Shown here: in pieces, positions 37,778 to 50,300 of the stretch
Position numbering within the stretch: the stretch's first letter is position 1
Layout of the letters: every line of letters begins with the position of its first letter
Origin: Lingula anatina
Lineage: Eukaryota > Animalia > Brachiopoda
Direction: 5' to 3'
Assembly (NCBI GenBank): GCA_051362555.1
Contig: CM120642.1
Span: 15,252,001 to 15,316,000, forward strand
DNA: 64,000 nt
Notes under the pieces: model-generated
Told to the model about the DNA's origin: nothing
Seen by the model: only the letters and a program-made list of their open reading frames with translations
Database searches by the model: none
Position numbers and translations under genes: made by a program

Positions 37778-37972
37778 CACGCACGACGCCCGGGCCCTGT
37801 CACTTTTCCTCTCTCGCCAAGTTCTTTAACCAAGCCCTGCAGCTTGACATTAAAGTTGTAGTCTTGACTGAAGTCAAAGAACAGTTTACTACCTCGAAGA
37901 GCCCCCAGCCAGCCTTACACTCCGGAAGCCGATCATCCCTCTCATGATGCAGTACAAATACATATTCTGCCT
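37778..37972 (-). pseudogene. TIR-domain exon (TIR-SAM/SARM-like family) disrupted by an internal inversion
   Basis: - strand AG|EAEY..GWLGALRGSKLFFDFSQDYNFNVKLQGLVKELGERGK..|GTACGT. The missing middle, TLRKPIIPLMMQYKY, reads on the + strand within 37915-37961. Confidence 0.8.
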
Positions 37973-38134
37973 CTTGAATGTAAAAAAAAATGTGTGTTTT
38001 GGTTAAGGTTTTAATTTTCATATCCTTATAAAAAAAGAATATGATTTTGTCTGATTTTTGTGATAGTTTGATAAATCGAAACTTGTTTGAAAATAAAAAA
38101 GGGACTTCGAGATTAAAAACAGAGACTTGGACCC

Positions 38135-38349
38135 CATTCCCATAGATTTTAGATCGATCTATCCCTGTGGGGAGTCTCACTAGATTACTGTCAGCTTAGC
38201 CGGCTTAAGCATCTGTCCCGCCTACTAAAAGCTGTAAGGGGGTAATTAACTATGGTGCGCGCTCGGCTGATTGCAATTTAGCGTGAACCCCCAGGGAGTT
38301 AGGTCGATCTAAATCTTAATCTCTGGAACGATCTAAATCTCTGGGAATG
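38135..38349. mobile_element. Palindromic MITE, same family as 19474-19709
   Basis: Termini CATTCCCATAGATTT / AAATCTCTGGGAATG; internal GGAGTCTCA..CGGCTT..TCTGTC.CGCCTA..AAAGCTGT shared with 19515-19580. Confidence 0.7.
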
Positions 38350-40626
38350 CACTCTTGGGTTGCATTAATAAGTTGGTTTCCAAATTACTGTAAAACATTA
38401 CATATTTTATACTGATTGAAGATATTTTTTGGATTTTTTAATACGATAAGAATATCCATATTTTCATATAAAAAATAACTAGGCAGCCTTTTTGAAAGTG
38501 TCACTGAAAATGTATCTAAGGACCCCATCAATATTTCGAGCAACTACTATCATTGCACACTGGATCGATGATAAAATAAAAATACACGGTGAGTGATTTC
38601 AGGGAAAGACGCGTTATTAGCTGAACGTTTAGATTAAATAAAGATGCACATGCTACTAGCTGTAGGCAGTGCCTACACGTGTACAACTTCAGATCTTCCC
38701 CTTCATGCACACCTTTCCTAAGCTACGGGACCCCCATTGTAAACTACATTGATCATTTTGATTTCATTTATAAGGTGTTTTGTCTCAGCAACACAGTTGA
38801 CACCAAAACCTTTCTTGACGACATAGGACACGTATTTCATGACCGCAGTAAGAAATTAAACCCCCCCCCCCAACAGAGACGCACGCACCCTTGAGTTGAA
38901 TCAAAATTTTCACAGCATAGCTAATAAAATGTACATGCTTAAGTGTGTTAAGAGTGACATGTCGTCCCTCTGGCTGCGTTCTCTCACAGGGACTCGAGTG
39001 TTTACAATTAAACCACACGTGGACAGAATGAATTGTATTGTTGGTCTGTATTGTTATCACGTCTTCTATAGACTCACATAATTTAATTGAGCAATAAATA
39101 ATAAATACGAATGCACGCCAATAGGCCACGTTTACCACTGTGCCACGACTGGTCTGGATTTCTCTATCGCAATGGCAGTCATTAATCACGGAGTATGAGT
39201 GTTGGTTGTGTTATTTACTATTATTCATTTATTTCTGGCTTGAAACGAGTCCCGATTAAGTTGCGTTTCGAGTTATACTGAAACACAAGTGCTTTTTTTA
39301 TCCAAAACCCTAATAACAGATAGTGATATAAAAATTATACCATAGATTATTTTTTCATGTGCATTATCCCCTCACATGATTTGAAGCGTGGTATGATGGA
39401 TCTGTACAGGATCGTCACGCGCATTTAGCCTGCTTACAGACACTTTTTATCCACTAGGACAATGCATTTCGTTGTGTCCTATTTTAACTTAAAGCAAGCG
39501 CCTGCTACTGTATGTCTACGTTTTTAATACCAATTAGTTGCCTTTCCATTTGCCGGATAGGACTCAATGTATAAAATCTATTTTCGGAACAAATACCTAT
39601 CACGGAAACACCGTGGAATAACGGAAATTGTGCTTTTAATCGATCTGTTGCTTTATCAATTGTATTAAAATTGTCGCCACCAAACAGTTACTTTTCAATC
39701 TGACTCACAAAGCTTTGATCTTAAAATTAATTCAAGGTCGAGTGCACATAACTGACTTCCCATGTGTCAAATGTTTGTCCATCTGTGTTTGAAAGATAAA
39801 GACAGATATCTCGCCACGTAAATCAATTGGTAAATTATATTTGTATTTGTTTTTGTAACCTGCGGTGCGTTCGGATATTCCATAATAGCGCTGTATGCCT
39901 TGAAAACTTATCATTGAGGACAGAGGTAGGTCTGTGATGATCACATAGATAACTCGATTTTTCTTTTTTATCACTTTTTTTTCTTTAATTCGAAGATTTA
40001 CCATTGTAATATTTCCTAGTGTAAGAACTCGTAATAGTAGCTTTATGTAATACGGTATGAGCCTGTTTAGTTACATGTACATTCATGTGATTATATGTAT
40101 TTTGTCAAGGTTAAAATGACGGTAAAAATGAAAAACACAGCTTATCATTTACATAATGCAATAACTGAGAATAATTCTTTTCATTGTCACGTTTAGGATT
40201 ACTTCACTTTGATATTGCAATTTACATTGACTTCGTTTATGTAGTACAACATTTTGGCATTCGAAAGTAACTGATAAAACAGGGATCAAAAGCAAAAATC
40301 ACAAATATGAATAAGAGCGACGGCGCGGTCGAAACATTGCGCGTGAGTGATAAGGTTTTTCTTTCTAATTAAGTTTGTGACAAAAACGCTTTTGATCACA
40401 ACCACTTAACAAGCTGATACTTTTTTTTTATAATTTACTGAAAAAAACTCGATCACCAATCGACATTTCCTGGTGCAAGATTCATAAAATGGTTTATGTT
40501 AGGTTCTGATTGCTTCTTTTTTGTCTTTTGGTAATATCTTAAAGTTTTGTTGCTTCTAAGTTGTTTGATTTCATGAATTCAAGCATCATACTTTTATACT
40601 TTTTTACAGACTGGAAAAAATGAAAA

Positions 40627-42574
40627 ATGTATGCAACTCCAGCATTATTTCTGTACCTGGTACGTGTTAAAAATATCTGACATACACAAGCATTTATGCT
40701 TAAGGAGAACCCTCAGAGTGACTATCCCGAGTTTCATGATTAATTGGCCAATAATTCCGGTGACGCCAAAACATTCGCCATGAGCAATGTGCGTTACAAG
40801 TAAATATCATTTGCCATTTGTTTATAACGTATGAACACGATTTTTTATTCACTTATAATTGCAACACGGTTCTACACAAGTTGTATCAACATGCATACAA
40901 AGATTATTCCATCGTTGTAACTATTTTTCTTTTATATGATTATTCAGGTTAGCTGCCTGGTTGTAATAGAAAAGTCAATAGCACACGGAGGTAAAAGATA
41001 TTTTTCCTTTTTTTTAAATTTAATCTAATCAGTTTCCGCAGTATATGGATCTCACGTGTAAATTTTGGCAATTACTATTAATAAAGATGAAGAAAACAGT
41101 GGTACCAGGACTGTCAATAGATCTTATGATATTTTATAATCTTAATACATGTACAGTTTACGCCTTGTAAACCTTTGACCATTTTATCGATCTCTCTTCA
41201 ACAACTTTTAATCGTTCCAGATTTCTACGAGGGTTGCGTGCGTGAGGTTAACCATGCCCGTCACTTCAAGATATCCCCCGGGATATACAACCCTCGCTTT
41301 CTAACAGCTGATGTCTGCATGCAGGCTTGTGCACAATCACAGAAAAGGTACTATTACTTCTTCTCAGGAAGCTAGGTTCACAGCACATACACTTATGCAA
41401 TTACGAAATGTTGTAACATTGGCGGAAAAATCGAAACGCAAGAAAAGTGATTACTTTTGAAGAATTAATCTTTGCGTCTAGAAGTATTTTTCACTACGTC
41501 GGTGCGGAACATATTTTCAAGTAGAGAGTATTGATCAAAACATCACACGGTGCATGGGCAAAATTACGTTCGTTATTATGTCCAAGTACGGTGTAAAAAA
41601 GGTATCAAATTTGCCACACAGCTTTGTTTATTCAGTAAAAAGTAGAAACAGTTAGAGAATGGAATAATATATGGGTTTTGCAAATGAAGGTCAAATTTTA
41701 AAATGACAATTTGCAACTTGAAGACGTACCTGTACGAGACATAACGCACCCACGTGCATAGATAACGTACAATGTTGTTTACTATTAGATCCAGTTTCTT
41801 TTCAAAACGTAATTTTCTTAATTTTGATAATACATGTAGCATAACAGTTATAAAGTCACTTAGTAAATGCTTTTTAGAAACGATTTTAGCAGGTTTTTAT
41901 ACAACTCTTTTTCAATATATCAATTTTTTTCCCTTATACGATTCTACGTCAATAAAAAACGGAGAAAGTGATGTAAAAATTCCTGTTTGCGCCTTTTATT
42001 TTTTACATAAAAATATGCTTGTCAAGAAGAAAAAATATTTGACATAAAATTTTTGAATAGGCCCCAAAATATTTATTTAAATCTCAAACACAATAAAAAA
42101 CGTTTAACTTTAACAATATCCATTTACATATTTATTCAATCTGATTTTTCTTACATATCTAATTCCACTTTGTCTTAGAACTAATTTTCATGAATTTATC
42201 TGAAAAGTAATCTTATCTGAAAAAGTAGCTACATGGCCTTGAAAAAAATATAAAATGTTCAAAATTTTTATTCCATTTTTAATATACATATCCAGGTATG
42301 CCGCGTTGTCTGAAGGGAAGTACTGTACATGTGCGGACACTGTGGATATATCTGAAACTGACAACGACACGCTGGCCCTCTGCAATGCCCCCTGTCCTGG
42401 TGACGGTAATATCACGTGCGGTGGACGACAGGCCGCAAGCGTCTACACCACTGACCATGTCCTGTCTGGACTGCCCGTCGTCACCATTAATAACGGTATG
42501 AAACATAAATGTAATTTCACATCTAAATATGGCCACTTTCCAAATTTGTCCAACAGTGCTTTTTAGTTTTAACA

Positions 42575-42611
<37 letters not shown>

Positions 42612-44255
42612 TTCTTATCTCCTAAATATGGCCACTTTTCAAATTTGCCCTGAATTTCGTTCGATTTAAACATCTATCAGGATTAATTCAAATAAGACAG
42701 AATTAGCAGGCAGACATACCCCCGAATTATTTTTCTTTTACTTTTCTCTCCGTGTATTTCATTTTATGAAGTCACGTTTGTTAAGATACTTCATGGTATA
42801 TTACCACTTCATAGGATAAGAATTACTACTTCATGATAGAAGGCGACTTCATTGGTCAAAAAATAAGGACCCTTAGGCGACTTCATAGTACATTGCCACT
42901 TCATGGGACATTGTATCCAAACATGTTTCAGTTCTGGTTGGATGTGGAATTAGGCGTAAAGGTCGATATGCTGTTTTATTCTACACCATGATTTCGAGAG
43001 TGATGCGTGTATTTGAAATGGGGTGGGGTTGGAGTAACATTACTCACTCACATGATAGTGCGTATTTTATCTTGTTGGAGTTTATTGAAGCTGTTATTTT
43101 CACATGTTCTCGCATATACCTGTGAGTTTAACTTCTATAAATAATGTACTTTATTTCAAAAGCTCCGGTCCTGTGACGGAGAGCATAAAACTAGTTTTTT
43201 GTTTTACCCATTTAGTTTTGAGATTCTTCAGATTTCAGGACGATTAAAAACTGAAAACATTTGGACGTTGAATCATGGCGGATCTAAGGCAATATAAGAC
43301 AAACACATTTCCTGTCTTTAAACTAGGACATAAAGCTGACCATGTGATTGACGGCGCAGGTTTATAGAAGTTGCTAGTACACAGTAGCAGGAATGTATGT
43401 CTTTTCATTGTAGGTAGAGAACTCTACTAGGCAGAGAGGTTTTAATTTTGCTCCACATTAGTTGTACATTAATATCTTTAACAAACTGTCTGTTTATTAA
43501 TTGGATGATATAGAAGTATATCTTATGTAACTTTAACATGAATGTTATGACTTGAAATATCAAGCTGTAATAAGCTTTTCTATTGATATGCAACTTAATA
43601 CTTCGAGAATATCTCGGTCGTTTAAAAAGATAGACCACTGGCCTATATTTAACGAAAACGTTTAAAATCGGAAAGTCTGAAATCTGAATAATTTGAAACG
43701 GTCAACTGTCCAGGTAGATGTCAGGGAGAATGAAATGCTGGGGATTGATTCATAAAACTGGTGTAGAATCGCACTTTGCTACCAGTTGCAAAATGCGTTC
43801 AGTTGCAAAATGCGGCTTACAAATAGAGCCGCAATTTTGAGCTGAACGCATTTTGCAACTGAAACGCGTCTTGCAACCAAAGAAAATCGTGAAAACGCAT
43901 TTTGCAACCAGAAGTTTTTCTTAGTCATTTAACAGTGTGATGTTCTATAGTGGTAGTATTGGAATGGGGACGGGTTGTCTCGGCTAGGTACGCTGACATT
44001 GGTCAAGCTTTCTCCCTGGGATGGACATGCATAATCTATTTCACATTGTTACCTCCTAGACTATCATAGTTAGGAACTTTATACGTCGGGGATTAATAAA
44101 CCTATCATTAGGGATTTGCAAAGGCTCTTAGGAATTTAATTGTGACTTGGGGTGTGGTCTACCCTGGGGGTGGTCTATTCTAATTTTTACATCGTATTTT
44201 ATGCTAGGAACATGAAACGTGGCAACATACCATTTTGGATGTGGAAGGGCGCTTC

Positions 44256-44302
<47 letters not shown>

Positions 44303-47300
44303 GGGGGGGGGGGTCCTGGCGGCGGTTGAGTCTAATTGACATTGTAATTCCTGCTATCTACCCTTAGACCAATACAGTTGGGAACGTAAGGCTATGGGCT
44401 ATGGCTTTGGGGGTGTGTATGGGTCCTGCTGTTGTGTCTTTACACAAAACAAAAATGTTTATTACCCAAGAGCAGTAATTAACATGTGTGCTTTATGTTA
44501 AAGAACAACGGGACTTGGACCCTAGGTTTCCTGAGAGTATGGGGTCTTAAATGGGTTCTAATTAACTTGACCTATATTCAAGAATACGACTGAAGGTCTG
44601 TCATAAGTACTCTCTGCTGCTTTCTCTGCATTTCCCCTTCCTTCCTAACTTGAAGACCGCATTCAGATTTACACATCGTACTAGCTGGGTGGGTCCAACT
44701 CTGCAGGGAATCTGACTTAAGTGCAATCTATGGAATTAGCTTCTTCATTGTCTGATAAACTACTAATCACCCCACCCCCTAGAGACGGCCACATCCCAAG
44801 CCACACTAAAATCCCCATGTAGCCACCCTGAGCTTCAGAGCTAACTTGACACTAACCTTTTCACTGTAGCCTATTCTCCATCGTGTCAAGTAACACGATG
44901 GAGAATAGGCTACAGTGAAAAGGTTAGTGTCAAGTTAGCTCTGAAGCTCAGGGTGCATGTAGCCCACTCGTGCATCAAAGACTCATGTTAGAATGGTCTA
45001 GGAGGAGACGAAATAAATTACGGTAAGATTAGTCAACCATCCCCAGGGATGGCCACACCCCAACATTTTTGTCTTGTATTTTGGAAGCACAAAAGAAATA
45101 AGCAATCATGAGCAATATACTTGAGACACAAGGCTACTTTGCAACCTAACTTTTTCAATTCATCAATTTACTATGAATAAATATCAATCTACAAGTCTGT
45201 TGATCTCGCAGATCAACCGCGTTAATTAGGCTGCTAAACAACAACCCCCCCCCCCCTCCGAACGCCTTATTAACGGGTTTCCAAATGCAGACTGTGCCGA
45301 AGATAATACTTTCGGGTCAAAAGAGAGCCAGCCAAGGGCACATTTCTAGAGCACGTTTGATCACGCTATGATGGACATTCACAGGTGTAGGACCAGAACA
45401 GAGCCTCTCGGAAACCAAGGGACAGACCTAAAGCATTACACCTGCATGCGCGTGTCTTTCCTCATGGAAAAATGAGTCTTTTCAGAGTGGGACGCGACTT
45501 GATCAAGACGATTGTAGTGCACAATTATATACATGTACCTTTTCTGCTTTTTTTTTCAACACTATTATCGATTAATATATGTTTAATAATTGATTCCTAT
45601 TTGTTTATTTGTTCATCTTATAATCCAGTAACCTACGCGTTAATTATGTTTTCATAGCCTGGTTTACCTGATCCAGTAGTTTTATGTATCAAGGGGATCT
45701 GGTAAGGGAGGACTGGACCCCCTTTTCAACGCTTACCATAATCCCCTATAATGTACTGATTTTTCAGAAATCCTGGATCCTCACCTACATGTGCCTGTGT
45801 ATTTTAAAATTGCTCAAAACATATATCCAATAACACTAAAGAAACCCTATTCAGTCCTACAAGTAAATTAAAACGTACAGTTTACTTATGTTGGATAATA
45901 TTAACAGTACAAAAACATTATATTTCAAAATCGTTATCTCTCATAACGTTGGGTCAACAACAGGTACTTTTTCACCATTATCTCATGAAGTCACAGGCAA
46001 TATCTTATGTGGAGATGAAGTCGCATTTCATCCTATGAAGTCGATTTGACAGTAAAATCAGAGCATTTATCCCAAGAAGTAGTAATATACCATGAAGTAC
46101 CTTAACACACGTTCATGCAATCTTTTTCTCATTGCAATATGCTAAGTACATACTTCCTACCAGCAATTCTGAAATTTTATTGCTTGCCTTAATGAGGTCC
46201 AATACCTCTCCACAACACCACTTTAAATCTTTTCAGAAGGGTAAATTATATAATTGCTTCTGCCATTAGCATATTTGCTTATCTCGATCTATGGCTGCGG
46301 AATTCAACTGTGAATGTCACAAATGAATAACAAAGTACACACTAAAATGGATGTACATGTAAGCAATCAATTCTTTGAGAGAGCAGATTATTATCTGACA
46401 ATGACATACATTTCAATGGTTCTAATGATGTTACGGTACTCGTCATGTTACGAACGTTAGTATATCGTGGTGTTATTAAGCGTTTTATAATCAATAGAAC
46501 ATTTGTTCTTTGTGTCAGTGTTATCATATATTTTTATTGATTTGCCATTTAAAGCTTGTTTCCTAATGGATCTGGGGGGGGGGAGGCGGGTTAAAAATTT
46601 AAACATTTCTTCCAAAATTTTCCAGCAAACTATTTTTTCAACATTTAAAAGTGTCTATTTTATTGTGAAAATACTGAAATACAGGGTAAATCAGACACGA
46701 ACACCTGCAGGGCTACAAAATGAGTCGTTAGAATGCAAATGATGGTCGAAACGTTTCAAACGCACTCATGGGACCAGACCAAAGGCTGTGCCTGAACCCT
46801 CCCCCACCTTCACTCACGTGGGAACATGGCCAAGTAAATGCTTTGGCACCCCAACATAGTCTACAAGCTAAATAAATTGGATATTTGTGTAAAGAGGCAA
46901 ATGTGGTGGGATATTGTGAAAACTTCCATAGCTTTCTCTCAAAATGTTCACACATTTACCGATTTTGATATTTAAAACATACACGCTTTACTTCAAAAAC
47001 AGTCCATTGAACTTCAGCGTTTCGTAGCAATTTAAAGTGCGAACAATCAAATGCTCGTTTTCACATTAGTAACAGTCCACTCAGATATTTCAATTCAGAA
47101 ACTACAGAATCTTTTTCCTAGTTAATTTTATTTTTACGTCTAGTTTTGCCTTATTTCAGAAAATAAGACTTTTGTCGAAATGTATAAGCCCGTCAGCGTC
47201 CTTGTGCAAACCGAGACAGCTCACTTGAACATTGACATAGTGAGTGCAGGAAAACACGACACTTGGCCCACTGCAAGTTATTACCTAGGCACCAATACAG

Positions 47301-50300
47301 CTGTTGTCAATCATACTTTTGCTGTATTTACTCCAGGTGAGGAATGTCAAAATGTAGTGTCTTTTTTAAAATTACGTTTTAGAATTCTAGGAGTTGTAAT
47401 ATATACAGAACATTTAGCTTTAAGTGTACTTTGTAGGAAATGAGGAAAATAATCATACAAGTTCAAGTATTGATTTTGTCAAATCACTCCGCTGGGGAAT
47501 CCTGAAGCACTAGTGTCTTATTCTCCCCTTTTTTTTCAAGGTAAATTTTCTGTGAGTGTTAAAGCCACAGATACCTATGGTAATTCGGCAAGAAGCACCG
47601 TTGTCCGTTCCGCTGATGCGGACATACAATTCCAGTTTGACTGCCCGCTGTACGTGGCCGTGGATGAAGAAGCCGTCTGTAAGATCAAAGTTCTTCAAGG
47701 AACAAACATGACTGCCTCCGTTACATTTGGCAACGGAAAACAAACTGAATTCAATCCCCCAGGTATGATACATGTTACTCTTAATAATTACTTTAAAATG
47801 CAAGTGTTAGTTTTTTATCAAAAATATAACTTGCCACAAGGCTGTAATTTCTGGTGAACTGCCATGTTATTATATATTTTAATACATCGGTCACTTTACA
47901 CCACTCACTCATGTTATTTTAATCGTTACTAGTATTTCATTCGGACAACGTGTGTGTGCGCGTGTGTGTGTGTTTGTTTACTTAAACTTTCTGTTTATGC
48001 AATGTCGTTTTATCAATATTATTATTATTATTTTTTTTTTTTTGTAAAATGCATACTGCCTGCAGTGTACGTCAGTCCAGATTCAAATTAGGACTACTTG
48101 ATTGGCAAAGAACACATTGGTGACTGTTCTGGTGATTTTAAAGTGAGATCGATGCGACCATAATGTTAATGGTGTTTTTATGCAACTTTTTCCGTCGGGA
48201 CAGAACAAACCTGGTTACAGAACGCAAAAATATTAGTCTGACTAATTGTTTTCTGTTGAACAAATAGTGCGCTGTGCCACTTGGACTGCGAAGAATACAG
48301 TCCTATTTGTCACAAAATTGCGGAAGTTTTCGGTTACTTTGATTTCTGCATATCTAGCGTATTAAACAAGACACACAAATCAAACAATGTGTTTAGGCCT
48401 CTCATTTAAAAATAAAAACGAACCCGGAGGAAATTGATAAAGCAAAAGTGGCAGAACAAGTCACAATCTGAGTTTGATTGTTACGCGATGTCTTGTCAGC
48501 GGGTTGATTTTTTTAGCACCCATGCAAAATTAACAAAGAACCAGTTTGCATTTAGAGAATTAACACGAGTTTCCATTATGGTTAATGGAAACTTCCAACG
48601 AGAGGCGTCATTATTTTTAAAATGATCTAATCAATAATACTCCTAAAGGCAATTCCGTAAATGAGTTGTTTTTTTTCTCTCTGTTTATGTGTTTTAATCT
48701 AGCTATGTTGATTTTGAAGTAATAAAACATCAAGTGAAAATTTCAAACAAAATACTATATGAAGGTGTAGACATCTTGGCGTCAAATTTCCTGTAAAAAT
48801 CAATAGATTGCGAAATAAAAATGCCATGATCTTCACCCTGAAAACGGGTATATGTCAATTCCAACACCAAATTTAACATTAAAAGCTCTTAAAATGCTGA
48901 TGAAAATCGTCAACGACTTTCAAAATATTTTTTTTTTTCATTTTATTATTTTATTCCTGTTACACTAAACACATATCTTTGTTAAAATATTTAGCTTTTT
49001 ACAAAGAGCTTACTCGTCCTATGGACGGGTCTATAGAAATTTAATCTTGATGTTCTTGGTGTTTTTCTTTTCTGCCCCGCGCCGTGTTTATCCATAATAA
49101 AACTCTTTCTATGAAAATTGCGATATTACCAACAGCGACTCGCCTCCGATGGTGACAGGAACGATAGAGAAACTGCATCACTTTCGGGTCCTGGAAATTT
49201 TGTACAGACTAATGAAGATTTTTTTCATACCCCCATTGCATTTTCTAATTTCATTGTTGTAGTGAGACCCTTTGAATCCTAAATTTCAGTCAATCAGATT
49301 TATATTTATGCCGCTAGCTTTTATTGACACGTAGTGTGACAATCTTCAGCTGATCTACAATGGTTTTAACTGTAAAGTACATACCTCTCAGGGAGGTTAT
49401 GAATACATTCTCAAAGGTATACAAGTATACCATAATATATCTGGTGTCAGGACAGCTTGAGGTAAAATTTTACTGATAATTTTCACCTTATTTAAGTCAT
49501 GTCTCGGGCACATCAGATGTTGATAGTGTTGAACATCAGGGTTTTTTAAGAAACGAGTAGCTGTTGCCTGCTTTGATATAATGATGCAATTAAGCCAGAG
49601 TTAAATCTTTGCCCTGTAATCTTTTCAGACGCTGCTTGGTATAAAGCTGGAGACGCAAACCCTGGAGATTTGTATACTGAATCTGCACCAGATGGCAATT
49701 ACATGCTCGTGAACCATGGTTTCCATAGCAACGGTTCGTTGGTAGGCCTCAAGGTCAATGTCAAGGAAGTTGGTCCTGTGATCTTTCAGGTACGTTGCAT
49801 TCTCTATATGATGTATACGGACACTCGCGCCCGATAGTATAAACCGACTTTTATGAAGTGGTGGCATATTAATTGTCAGTAACTCAAAGCTTAATGGGTT
49901 TTTTTTTCATCCGCCTATTATAACAATAAAACCATGCACTGTGCATAAAATGGCTTTAAGGCGTAATGATCGTTCAGCCGCTCCAAGCGTTGGTTGTATT
50001 GTCACTTCTGTATCGGCATAGTGATATAATAAGTAATGTACAGTCAGTAGAAACAGATTAAGCTATTTCAGTGGGAAGATTTACATGTAAAAATACACAA
50101 AACCCATATGTATAAACTGTCCTTTATTTGATACCTTCTATGTGTTTTAGCCACATAGCAAATTGGCAACTGTATAACAACAATAACGTCCAAAACATTG
50201 TTTCAAAAGGTTTTTCGCCCAGTGTGTGACGACCCCGACCAAACATTCTGCTACCGGTCCCATTCCTGTATCAACTCCACAGACAGCTGCCGGAAACAGG

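Noticed and set aside
39858-39935. Exon-like segment on the - strand as an upstream TIR/ARM exon
   Set aside because: Splice-like ends exist, but no frame resembles TIR or ARM; could be a UTR exon or chance.
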